In this document: positions 25,136 to 37,900 of the stretch, piece after piece
How positions within the stretch are numbered: the first letter of the stretch is position 1
Layout: the number at the start of each line of letters is the position of its first letter
NCBI GenBank assembly: GCA_000388065.2
Contig: KB932202.1
DNA: 64,000 nt
DNA from: Fonticula alba ATCC 38817
Taxonomy: Eukaryota; Protista; Nucleariida
Direction: 5' to 3' (one strand)
Translations under genes and position numbers: made by a program
The notes under the pieces: model-generated
Databases searched by the model: none
What the model was told of the DNA's origin: nothing
The model's input: the letters and a program-made list of their open reading frames with translations, nothing else

Positions 25136-27309
25136 ATGTCTTTCCAATCCAACCAGGTCATTGTCTGCGACAATGGTACCGGTGTACGTTCTTTCCCTTT
25201 TTCCATTTCTCTTTCTTCCTTTCTCCCCGTCCCCCTTCACACTCCCTTCCGCCGGAGCCTTACAACACCTGACACATTTGCCCACCTTTGCCTTCCCTCA
25301 TGACCCCTCTCCCCTGCCCCCCCTCCCCCCGGCGAGCAGTTCGTCAAGTGCGGTTACGCCGGCTCCAACTTCCCTGAGGCCGTCTTCCCCTCGCTCGTCG
25401 GCCGGCCCATGCTCCGTGCCGAGGAGAAGGTCGAGGGTGTCGAGATCAAGGACATCATGGTCGGTGAGGCCGCTTCCAAGCTGCGCTCCCAGCTCCAGCT
25501 CTCCTACCCCATGGAGAACGGTGTCATCCGCAACTGGGAGGACATGGAGCATGTCTGGAAGCACACCTTCGAGGACGTCCTGAAGGTGCGCATGTCTCCC
25601 GCTTCGCTTTTCCCCGCTCTCCATGGCTCCATCTGCTGCCCTCTCCCTTTCTCCTTTCGGAGCACCGCGTTGGACCGGTGGCCGATGGCCACTTAGCTTA
25701 CTCTAACACACACGCACACACGCACACATCACACACCCCCTCCCTCTTTCTTGCCCTTGTCGTAGATCGACCCCCGCGACAGCAAGATTCTCCTCACCGA
25801 GCCGGCCATGAACCCCCTCCGCAACCGTGAGCTCATGGTCAAGACCATGTTCGAGAAGTATCAGTTCCACTCCGTCCATGTTGCCATCCAGGCCGTCATG
25901 ACCCTCTACGCTCAGGGTACGCTGGTCGGCCATTTCCCCCCCCCTCCCTACCTCCCCTTCTCCGGGGCCCCAGCCACTGACAGCCTCCCCCTCGCCCTCT
26001 TTCCCATCGCCATGCAGGTCTCCAGACCGGTGTTGTCGTCGACTCCGGTGATGGTGTCACCCATATTGTCCCCGTCTACCAGGGCTACCAGCTTCCCCAC
26101 CTGACCAAGCGTCTGGATGTTGCCGGTCGTGACATCACCCGCTACCTGATCAAGCTCCTCCTCCTGCGCGGTTACACCTTCAACCGTACCGCCGACTTCG
26201 AGACCGTCCGCCAGATCAAGGAGTCCCTCTGCTACACCGGGTCCGTTTTTCTTGCGTCTCTTTAGCCGCGGCCCTTTCCCCCTCTCCCTGTCCATTTGCC
26301 CATGCTCATATGGGCTTCCCCTCGGTCCCCCCCCTCCCCCCCTCCCCCGCGCCCCTTCCCTTCTCCTCCCCCCCTCACCCTTCTGACAAATGCCCCACCG
26401 CCGCCTGCTTCTGCTCCATCCCACCCAGTTACGACCTCGAGCTTGAGAACCGCCTCTCTCAGGAGACCACCGTCCTGGTCGAGCCCTACACTGTATGTAG
26501 CCCGTCCTCCTCCCGTCCTCCTCCCGCTTCCCACATGTCCACCTGGCATTGTCCTTCCCCATGTCCATGTGTTTGCGGCCCCGCACACTGACACATCATA
26601 TCCCTGCCCCCCTCTTCCCCCCCCCCCCCCCCCCCCCACCCCTCTGTCTTCCTCTCTTGCCTCCTGTGCTCTCCTCGCTCGGCGCCCAAGACATCAAAGC
26701 CCACTCGCCGCCGGGGGCTCGCTGGCGGGCTTGAGCCCGCATCCATTTGGCCCCCAGGCCAGGCGCCGCTGGCACCGCCCCCGGCCGGCGCGCACCCCAC
26801 CCAGCCGTCACTATCCGGCCCGGGGCCCCCTGGACCCCCCCCCCCCTGTCCGGCTCTCTCTTCGACAGCTTCCCGACGGCCGTGTCATCCGTGTCGGCTC
26901 CGAGCGCTTCCAGGCCCCGGAGGCTCTCTTCCAGCCGTCTCTCATCGATGTCGAGTCGGTCGGCATCGCCGAGCAGCTGTTCAACTGCATCCAGGGCGCC
27001 GATATCGATCTGCGTACCGAGTTCTACCGCAACATCGTGCTCTCCGGTGGTTCCACCATGTATCCCGGTCTGCCCTCGCGTCTGGAGAAGGAGGTCAAGC
27101 AGCTCTACCTCACCCGCGTGCTCAACAACGACGTCGAGCGCCTGAGCAAGTTCCGCATCCGCATTGAGGACCCGCCCCGCCGTAAGCACATGGTCTTCCT
27201 TGGTGGTGCTGTCTACGCTGAGATCATCAAGAACAGCGAGTCCTCCTGGATGACCCGCCGTGAGTACGAGGAGGAGGGCCTCGAGCGCCTGATGAAGAAG
27301 TTCGCCTAA
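25136..27309 (+). CDS. ARP2: Actin-related protein 2 (Arp2/3 complex), 390 aa, 6 exons
   Basis: Exons 25136-25183, 25340-25585, 25766-25916, 26018-26240, 26429-26492 and 26869-27309 total 1,173 nt. Motifs: [102 protein letters not shown]. The last three are Arp2-diagnostic. Confidence 0.97.
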
Positions 27310-27857
27310 AGGGTGCTGATGTGGGATGTGCACATGCGCATGCGTTCCCCTCCCCCCCCCCTCTCTCGCATGTCGTGTGCACTCCTCCCCCATTCATCCC
27401 CACTTTTCAGACTCCCTCGCTTCATTCTTCCTCTCTCTCCCCCCCCCCCCCCCGGCACACGGGATTCCACCCACGCCTGCTCCCAGTTTCCCTCGAGCCA
27501 ATCCCCCTCTCCCACGTTCAAACCTCCTCTTCATTCTCAATCCCCCCCCCCCCCCCCTGGCCGTGGGGGCGTCCCCGTGTAGCATCGCCGGTCGTCCACC
27601 GCCGTCGCCCCCGCTCCCTTCCCCTCCTTCCCCGTGTATCCCTTCCTCCAATCTACCAATCATCCAAAAGCGTGTCTCTCTGTGATTTCATGCGTCTCGC
27701 CTTGGCTCCCCCCGCCCCTTCCTCCTGGTGCTTTGACCTCACCGCCTCGTCCTCCCCATCTCCAGGAGTGAGGCCACCCGTGCTTTCCCCACATCGACAA
27801 ATGGGTTGTGTGTATTGCGTGACCTCCTGCAATGGCGGGGGAGGGGGGTGCACGGGG

Positions 27858-30800
27858 CTAGGAGGAAAGTTTGGCATATTTGGGCGGGCGAATGCGTGTC
27901 CGGTAGATCAACCACACAAAGGGCGGCAAGATGGCTGGCGCCACAGTGGCTGCCACCTTCCAGAAAAACTCCAACGAGCGGATGAATTCCGAGTCTATGT
28001 GCACATACGCACACGCACACGCACACGCACATGGACGTAGGCAATTATGATGGCTCGTTAGTCCGGCTGCAGAACAAGTGAGGGGGGGGGGGGGGGGGGG
28101 GGGGGCCGCCACATACCGTAGTAATCCCCAAGCCACCAAAGGCTGGCCATGATGTAGAAAACCACCGAGGCAAATACAGCGCAGGCAATGTACCCATGCC
28201 AAGACTTGACCATTAGACAGAGCGTCAACAGCTGCCCCAGAAGCAGCGCCGTGAAGCTGACCGCCAATAGCTCACGCAAATCGCCACTCGGCGAGACCAC
28301 CACTTGGGCGATGCCGAGCGCGCAGCAGGCCTGCCACATGGCCAAAAGTGACCAGCCGATGGTTGACCGGCTCCCAAGTGGCCCGCCACTGGAGATTGAC
28401 AACTTCTCAAAGCGCCGGAGTAGGCCCCCAGCCGTCAGCCATTCCGGAAGGTGGAATGTCCGAGAGCGATACCCACCGGCGGAGACCGCGCTGTATCGCG
28501 AGCCCTGTGCCCCCGACCCGGCGGTGGCCGCCGCCACACCGGCGGCAAAGCCAGAGGGAACATGCACCTCCGGCCGCAGGTCACGATACAGCTCCGGAAA
28601 AGCCAGGGCCACATCGGCCGCGACGTCTCGATCCAGGACCAGGGAAAAGACCGGCGCCATGGTGAAGAATGTGGTCCACCTGCCATGCAGACGGGGAGAG
28701 TCAGCCCGCTGGGAGTCATGCGAAATCACCGAACAGAAGGCTGGCATTTGCCATCGTACCCGACCAGCAAATGGCCCGTGTACAGGGCCACCGGCGAGGA
28801 CCAATAGAGCGCCGAAAAGAGCGCCTGGGCCAGGGAAATGATCAGCCCACGGTGAATGATCACCATGCTCAGAGTGGCCGAGCGCTTGTAGCTATTGCGA
28901 CCATGGACCAGCAGCAGGCGCCTCAGGTCGCCGAAGCGCGACACACTGACATCCGCCGCCAGGGAAGCTTGCGAGCCCTCCTTGCCCCGGATACCGACAC
29001 CCACCTCGGCTGCCAGGATCATGGCCACATCGTTGCCACCGTCGCCGATGGCGCACACAATCGGTGGCCGGTATTGGGCCGAGTCCGAGGCCGAGGGGGC
29101 CGGCCCGGGGTGGTGATACCCATCATCGCCGCCGGAAGTACCGGCTCCGGCCGCCGAAAAGAAGTCCCCAGTCATGCCGGCCAGTGGCTGGTCGGCCGAA
29201 AGGTGCCCCTGCTGCCGATGTGGCTCCAGGAAGCCATAATCATCGTCCGGGTCATGCCGCCCGGGGGCATTGAACAGAAGATGGCCCCCATCGTCATCAT
29301 CATCGCCATAGTGGCCGGACCCCAAGAGCGGGTGATGGTGATGATGGGGATGGTATTGTTGCTGGCGGTGGGCCGAGCCGCCGGCCGGGTTGCCGCCATG
29401 TGTGTCCCTCTGGCCGGTGACCGGGCTGTTCGTTGGCTTGCAGCTGCGAAGGAGATGCACGATGGCGGCCTTCTGCTGGGGGGACACACGAGCGCACACC
29501 AAAGATGGCAGGCCAAGAACCGCGGTGCGGAACTCGTGCGGGCAAAAGTCGAGACACGTCTGTCGAGCATCCACACGGGCGTCAGTCATCTTGCTCGAGG
29601 GGAGCAGCACGAGCAGGCTATGCACACATATGCGGGGGGAGGGGGGGGGGGAGGAAAAAGGGAGGAGCCGGAGCCAAACACATACTTGCAACGACACGCC
29701 GTCGATAACAACACAGCCCTCTTCGCCTGCGCCGCCACGGGAGCTGGACGAGCCGAAGCGTGCAAGCATGGAATCCAGATGCTCGGCGATGTCCAGAGGG
29801 TCGGTCACTACCACCACGAGAGATAGAGTCAGACAGGGCCAGTCCCATTCGGCGGGAGAAGAAGAAATAGTGGGAGGGAGGGGAGGAGGATAGATGCACC
29901 ATTGCAGATGGCATACACGGCGGCCGTTCGTGGGACAACACGTGCAGCTCGAGCCACATGCACCGCCGTTTCCACCCGATCGCCAGTCAGAACCCAGATT
30001 TTGACTCCGGCATGTCGCAATGCCTCCAGGGTCTCCTTCACATTATCCTGTTGTTGGCCCGGGCAGAGGGGGAAAGAGAGAGAGAGAGAGGATACAACCG
30101 ACCAAGGCGAATGGGCATTAGCACAAGGAGCGGCCTCGGCAGCGAGCAAGCATACTCCCGACGAACCTGCAGTTTGTCCTCCACCCCGGTGACTCCGAGG
30201 GGATCCATGCCCACCTGTTCGAGGGTCGACTCGACGATGGACGTGACAGCGAGATCCCCACCACCGGCAGGGCCCCGAGCCACATTCAGCCGGGCTACGA
30301 CCGAGGAAATTTCATTCGAGGACAGAGGGCGTCGACAGAGCACCAGCGTCCGAAGGGCATCGCGTGCCATATTCGAGCACTCCTCATCGACCCTGGGACA
30401 GGGGCAGGATAGATGGTTGGTCAAGGACAAAAGAGCTGGCAAACAGAGGGAGGCGGGAGAATCCGGGATGGCGGGAAGGCAACTCGCACCAGTCGTTCCA
30501 GCGGAGAAGTGGCCGCAAGGCCGAATCCGCTCCCTTCAGGATGTACCAGCCACCATTGCGCTGCTGGCCGGCTACCTCGGTCCAGAAGCGTTCGGCCCCG
30601 GCCGGAGTGACGCCCGCTTCGGGGTTGGCCACCGGCGGCCGGAGCCGCACAAGGATACCCATGCGTCGACGTTCGGACGAAAAGGGATCGATGTGGAGGA
30701 TGTCGAAGACCAGCCGCGCGACGCCGCGCTCAAGACAAGTCCAGCTCCCCTCTTCCGGGGCAATGGACCGGCTCCCGAGCGCGGGAGCCAAATGCGCGGG

Positions 30801-33800
30801 CCACGACCGGCCGGCCAGGCGCAGCTCCAGTGCCATGGCCTTGGGTGTCCGGGCCGCCAGAACCACACCCACCGACGCACACCACCGGACAAGGGCCAGC
30901 TCGTCCGGCGAGGCAGCCTGATACTCGGGCACATGGTCTCCCCCATTGTCAAGCATTTCCCGTACTCGGGAGTCCAGCTGCTGCTGCTGCTGGTGCTGCT
31001 GCTCCTGCTGAAGGTCCTCCTCCTCGCCGGCCGAGTCCAAATCCGACCGCAAGCCGGTCGAAGAGGAAGCGGGCCGCACAAGGGAGGACCGGGGGCCTGA
31101 GGCCGCATCGAGACCCGAGGCCGTCGTCGGGGCCGTCTCAGTCACCAGGGACACACTGTGGCAAAGGGCGATGCCGAGAACAGCCGCCAGAAGGCGAGAC
31201 TCATCCGATAGGGGCCCGGCCGGCGGGGCGGCGCTACTGGCGCCCACTTGACCCATGGTGCCAAGGCGTGACAGAGGCAGGAGCTCGGACTCCGAGGGGC
31301 TCTCAAATGCCGGGGTCGGATTGCCGGTGTCTGCCAGCAAGCCAAAAACATACTTGGCAAGACGCGAGCGAACCTGCGCCATGGCATCAAACCCGAGAGC
31401 CGGTCGGCATGAGTGCCCCAGGGCCAAGCGTCGCATGAGCATCACTGATTGGGCGGGGGACAGCCGGGACCTGGTCAGCAAATGGAGGAGAGGCACACAG
31501 GCGACAGCACAGCTGCAGCCAGATGCCGAACGCCGATTTCCCCATGAAGTCCCCACCAATGCACTGGCGCCGTGGTGCGCACCATTTTGGGTCAAAGTAC
31601 CGGTCTTGTCGGTCAGCAAGAACTCGATGCGACCAAGCTCCTCCGGGATGTTGCTATTCCGCACGAGCACCCCTTCCGGAGCATCAGCCCCGGCAGGGGC
31701 CTGCCCGCCGGCGGAGCCGTTGTTCGCGCCGGATAGCGGCTGAAGGGGGATGGCCGCGCTGCCAGTGCCATTGGTTCCGGAAAAGGGCGCCGCCAGAAGA
31801 GCAAGGCGCCCAGGCAGATCGGCCAGCTGCCGGAGATTCGGCGACCCACTTGGTGATCCACCGAGTGTGGTGAAATCGTCCATGGCCGTGGCGCTGGAGC
31901 CGGCACCCAGGTTATTGGAGACCGGCTCACGGAATGCCTCATCAGTGGAGATCTGGTGCGAATATACCGCCTTGGCCATGTCGAGGTTGAGGCGCAGGCT
32001 GGGGTTTTGATGTCAGTCTTGGACCGGCCAAAAGGAATGCTGCCCCCCCTCCCCCCCCCCGCCCCCTGGGACAGCAAATCGATGTCCACGCCGGTACCTA
32101 ATGGGGATGATGTTGGAAAAGAGAATGACAAAGCGGAAGGTCGTGACTCCGAGAGCGGCCAGAGTATCCAGCCCGGCCAGGGGGCCATGGAGAAGATTTC
32201 CGCCGGTGAAAATGCCCACCGCCACCAGGACAATCGACAGGAAGATCGTCAACAGGAAGAGCCCCTAGCATGGAGGTGTCAGCGGGAAGCCGCATCACAG
32301 GCAATTTGAAGGGCAACAGCGGCCGGAAGGTACCTTGGTCAGGCGGTCCAGCTCGCGATCCAGGCGGCTGACCTTGACAGCGCCACCGGCGCCCCGGGAT
32401 GTGGGCTCATTGTTCAATGCGGCTCGGGTGTCGGCACCGGTGCCGACCACCAGACCCGTGGCGGACCCGGCTGCGACCACACACGATGCCCACAGGGCAT
32501 GGTCGACGGTCAAAGGCTCCGGTTCGAAGGATGAATGGTCGCGAATGACAGTGGGCTCACTTTCGGCGGCCACCCCATCCAATGGCGGCTTCGGGGTGAG
32601 AAGGCCGCAAAAAGAGTAGATGTCCTTGGTTGGAGGGTCGACTGGGCCCAGACAGGGGACCGAGGGAGAGGGAGAGAGAGAGAGACAGGGAGAGAGGGAG
32701 AGAAAGGGAGGTCAACAGGTGGGCCCTGGCGCGGGCATGCGGAAAAGGTCCATTTCCCGGCGCACCATGAACCGAGGCACGAAGATCCTGGAGGCGATTG
32801 GCCTGCCCCAGGCGCTGACTGTAGGACACCGCGGTTCTGGCAAAATATCGGACAACGTCAGCAACAGAGCACGGGCCGGGGCTTGCTCATGCCCGGAGGG
32901 CAGAGGGAGAGCGGATGTCCCCTGGCGTACCGGATCTTCCAGTCGGTCTCACCATCGAGCTGGTCGGTGCGCACATAGCACACACCATCAGCGTCAGTGG
33001 TGTGGAGCAGGACCAAATCCGCCGGGATCTGAGCCCCAAGCAGGGAAATACCATGAGGGGGGAATGTCAGCAAGCGATCGGCACACGGGTGAGGACGGTT
33101 GCATGGCCCGGTGCTCGCATGGACGTACCCGCTGATTGGCCGAAACAATGATGATGTCACCCACGGCGAGGTCACAGCTCCTCACCGGCACATGGACTCC
33201 ATGCCGTGCGAGATCCACCTTCGTGTATAGTTGCGAATTGACATCCTGGTGGCCCGGAGCAGCCGCCACAGTTGTCAAGGTGACAAGGAGAGGAGGATCC
33301 ATGTGTGAGAGGAGGCCGAGCAAAAAGAAAAGAAAAAAAAGAAAAGTGCGAGTCGAAGGTAAACGCACCCGATCGCGTCGCCAGCGGCCCACCTCATCGA
33401 GCGCCTCTCGGAGCAGCGAGGCGCCGATTACAAATACCAATGGAGCCACATATGTGAAGAGATAGCCTGTATGCGTGCGGAGTGGCAGGAAAGGGGCCGG
33501 GGATGGGGAGGGCCAAGTTGGGTGTAAGAAGGACGGAGGAGAGGAGGCAAGCAAAAGGGAGGCGGCAAGATCGTCAGACGCACCGACTTTCAGCGCAGGG
33601 ATGAATTGCGAAAGGGCAATGCAGAGAAAGTAGAAGTTGAAGAAGAGCCGAAACTGCGCGGCAAGCACGAGCGGCACGAACGACAGGATGTTATATCGGC
33701 GATTCTTGACCACATTCGGGGAATAGATCTCCTGGGGACCGATGACTGGCATGGTAAAGGGGTGGGGTGTGAGTCGGGCCATCGGAAAGTGGTGGAGCTG

Positions 33801-33923
33801 GCTTCCCCTTCCCAAGATCACTCCGGAGAGAGACACACCTGGGAGGGAAAATTGCCGCGGAAGGGTCGCGGAAATGGGCCGACTGGGGCCCAGACGGGCG
33901 CGAAGCGCCTGAATGAGGTTCAT
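27858..33923 (-). CDS. NEO1: P4-ATPase phospholipid flippase, Neo1/ATP9 subclass, multi-exon
   Basis: Motifs: [28 protein letters not shown] (Neo1/ATP9-type), [29 protein letters not shown] (phosphorylated Asp), [63 protein letters not shown]. The first exons are 33923-33584, 33466-33369, 33245-33129 and 33028-32931. The last exon is 27994-27858 and ends ...PPKYAKLSS*. Some internal boundaries are approximate. Confidence 0.92.
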
Positions 33924-34693
33924 CTGACACGTCCAGTCTCCTTGGTGCGAGGGTAGCGCTGTGATCGGGGGGGGGGGGGGGGACTTCACCCTCTCTCTGT
34001 ATGTGTATATATATATGTGTGTGTGTGTGTGTGTCTCGCGTGTGCGAGTTCCCTCTCTCTTTTACTCCTGCTCGGTCTCTAGCTCACAGGGACGGCCAAT
34101 CGGGTGTCTGCGCCAGATGGCAAGGGACGAGCAGGCGAAGAGGAGGAGATATATAGGTATGTATGTCTAAAGAGAGGCAGCAAGAAGGAGCAAAAGGGAA
34201 GAGGGAGAAAGATGATGGGGAGAGGTGGCCGGGAGAGATCACCATCTCGCCGTCCTTCCCAGCAGGCACAAAGATCTCGCAGCTGCGGCCGTCTGGGGCG
34301 CTGACCGATGCCGTGGTCCACTTTCCAGCCACTAGATCGATCCGGGAAAAAGAAAGAGGGGGCCCGACCCGGAGTGATTCCCTCATGATTGTTTCCAGGA
34401 TGCCCCCCCCCCCCGTTGGGGGAGACACACACAGCCCCATATGCGTCCATCCCTGCAAAGAAGGACCGTCGGGTTCTCTCCCCAGCGTCCAGTTTGCTAC
34501 GCCATCTACGGCTTCGAGAGCCGGGGAATGCCAGCCCGCCCCCCCCCCCCCCCCAACCGGGCATGTCCACCCCTCTGTCCGCCGGAGAACCTCGGGCTAC
34601 GCCACCCAGGATCCGGGACGGATGGGCCTACCCTCAACTGCCAATTCTCCGACTCTTGTGACGGCTCATCAGACGGGATGGTTCGGCGGCGGT

Positions 34694-34726
<33 letters not shown>

Positions 34727-34993
34727 AGAGGCCCAGCGAACGGATTCTGCCCGGGGCCCGGCCTCTCACGCATGCCCTTTCCTCCGACCCAGGGCCAGTC
34801 TAGGGCCCACCCGCGCCGGCAAAAGGCTTCCTTCGTCCGGAGGACACAACTTTCTGAGGGGCTCTTTTTCGGGCCGTCCGCCCCCTGCCACAGGGTGCCC
34901 GCGAGTATCCCCCCCTTCGCCTACTTTCCCCTCCTCCCCCCATCCTCGGCCGCTTTGCTGTCTTCTCCCCCCCCCCCTTCTCCCCTCCCCCGC

Positions 34994-37900
34994 ATGAGCC
35001 TCAGCTTTAGCCAGCAGGCCGGGAGGCTTGCTGCCGGGGCCGGATCCGGGCCGGCTCCCTCCTCTGCTACTGGCGCTGCCCCGGCTGCCTCGGCCGACTC
35101 GGACTCGGCCAACTCGAATGGCGTTCCTTCGCCCATCCTGCCGGCTCTCTGCTCGCCGCTGCCTCCTTCTCTACGATCGATCACCGCCGATGACCACCAG
35201 TATGCTCCAGCCCTACCGGTGGTTGGGTTCCATTTTGACTCCATTCTCCGGTCCCCGAGTGGTGGCTCTCCGGCATCTAGCGCCAGCCAGGTGCGCTTCT
35301 GTCCATGCCCCTGCCTCCGGGCGTCCATGCTCCTGACAGCTCCCTCGCCCCCCTCGGCTTCATTGTCCCCATCTCTCCATCGGTCTCTGGGTCTCCCTCC
35401 TCCGGGGGAGGGGGGCCCTCTGGTATCTTCCTCCTGCTGGTGCCTCACCCTCACATCCAGCCCTGGGCCACACACATGCGTAACGAGATCCTCGCCTATG
35501 CCCAGTCTAGCTTGGGGAACATGCATGCCATCGAGCTGGATTCGGCCTTCCCCGAGCCGGAGCTGATTGCTGCCTGCGGCTCGGCCTCATCGACCAACCA
35601 TCCGCTTCCTGGCAGCCTCGGTCTCATCAATGTCCGGCAAGTGGCCCATAACTTTCGTCAAGTGCGCACTCCATCGTTGTCGCTCATCCTGACCGCCCCG
35701 GGCTTGCTTCCTCTCTTGTGGCAGCACTCTCACCCTCCCCACTGGCTCGGCCACCAATGTCTCTCTCCCCCCCCCCCCCCCCCTCGGCGTCAAGCTCCCT
35801 GGCACTGTTGTGCTCGTGCGACTGATCAACAACCCGCTGAATGGGGTCTTGGACTTGGCCAAGTTGGATAACGTCAAACTCGGCGACTTGGGCGAGGATT
35901 CTCCCGAGTTCGACCCCCTGTCTTCCTCCCCTCCGCCCAGTCCGAGCCCCTTCCTGCCCACCGCGGCCGCCACCGCGCCAGGCGTCCTGCAACCACTTAG
36001 CCCCGATCTCAAGAGCCTCGAGAAGCAGGAGGAGGAGCACCTTGTGTCGGAGGTTGTGGCTTCTCGGTGCGCTATGGCCTCCATGCTACTCTGCCCACTC
36101 GCCCCCCTCCCGTCCCGTTCCGTCCTGCGGGCATGCTCGCACACCCCCCTCCTCTGTCGCACTGACCGGCATTTGTCTCCCCCTCATCCTCACATCAGGG
36201 TTTCCTGGTTGGACCTCTCCACGCGTGTGGTTGTCCTGCTCATCTCCCTCCCGCTCCTTTCGCCGCGAATGAGTGCGTATCCTGTGCCCTCTCATTCGCC
36301 TCGGCTGTTGTCATTCCCACTGAACTCCCTAACATCACGGCCATTTCCCGGCCCCTCCCCCCCCCCCCTTACTCCCCCGGTGGTCAGTCTCGCCCGATGT
36401 TTTGGAGCATGCCCAAAAGCGCCACACCCGCCTGGCCTCGGTCCTCAATGCATCAGCCAGCATTGCGGTCAGCAGCTCGGGTACCTCATCGGGCGCGGTC
36501 CCCGGCAATGTAGCCCCCTTTGCCCGGCCAGCCCACCACTCGGGCAACTCCCTCATTGTCTTCTCCAAAATTGGTCTCAAGGACTCCCTGGCCTTCTTCA
36601 AGAAGTGCGCGCCCCTGTTGGTTGCCAAATTCTTTGCCCCTCGACCGGCACTGACCTCGCTCAATTGGGTCTCAGTTTTGAAGAAGACCTCCTGTCGCCC
36701 ACGCAGCTGGTGTATCGGACCCGCGCGGCCATCATCAGCCAGCTGGAGCTGGATGCCCTGCCGAAGGGGTCCCGCGTGCGGCATGTTCTTGGCCGACGGA
36801 TTTCGGCCTGTGTTCGGGCCGGCTTGGCTCTCGAGCAAAGTGGCCCCATGCGGGACACCCTGACACATTATGGCGATGCGGTGGTGGCCCTACGGGAATT
36901 GGCCGGGTTTGGGGTTTTCTCCGCGGCCGGATCGCCGCCGATGTCCCCATCGGTGGGCCCACTTTCCGCGCCGGCCAGCACCCGGGCCTCGGTCAACACA
37001 TCGACCACCTCTCTGCCCGCTGTCGGGCCGTCGGGGATTGGCGGCTCGCATACGCGCTTATCCCTCAGCAGTTTGCAGGCCTCAGCCGATGACCTTTCCG
37101 GCCTGGAGCCACCTCTCGGCCCGGGCAGCGGCACGGCCCTGGTCGAGTCCCCGGGTGGGGATGGCTCATCCAGTTCGCTGGATGTTCCGGAGCTCACGGG
37201 CGAGGGGGTCGGGACAATGGCCGGCGAGGGCATCTCCACGGCCATCGAGAGCCCGGTGCCCTCGCCCCGGCTTGAGACCCACTCCGAGCCCCAAGAGCAT
37301 GCTGCTGGCTCGCCGAACATTGGGACCTCGGGCGAGTCATCCTCCGGCCAGATGACTCTGGAATTCCTGCTCGAAGTTCGCGGGGTGGCCGAGTGGCTCT
37401 TCGCCCGGGGGTGCTTCACCCACACGCGCCTCCTTCAGGCGGAGCTCTCGGTCCTGGGTCTGGCACAGCCAGAGGTCATCCTCAGCCGGCTGCGCGCCGG
37501 GACCTACGGCCAGCTTGAGAAGGAATGGCTGACTGGCCATCTGAGTTTCGCCCAGTGGCTGTGTGATCGCTTTGACGAGTCCAACCCCGGCGTCGGCCCG
37601 TTGGACCAATCGATCAGCTCCAGTGCCTTGCACATTGACCATTTGACCTGGATCGCCCGGCAGTATGTTCTCCCCATGTGTCTCCCCCCACTCCTTCCCC
37701 CCCCCCTGCCNNNNNNNNNNNNNNNNNNNNNNNNNNNNNNNNNNNNNNNNNNNNNNNNNNNNNNNNNNNNNNNNNNNNNNNNNNNNNNNNNNNNNNNNNN
37801 NNNNNNNCTCTCCCTCTCTCTCCCTCTCTTTCTCGATGGGGGGCTGGGGCTTTGCACCACCTACCTCGTGACTAACACCGACTCGTGGCCGCATCTTCAG

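Noticed and set aside
25136-27309. Conventional actin
   Set aside because: It has the Arp2-specific segments ([32 protein letters not shown]) and lacks the actin C-terminus.
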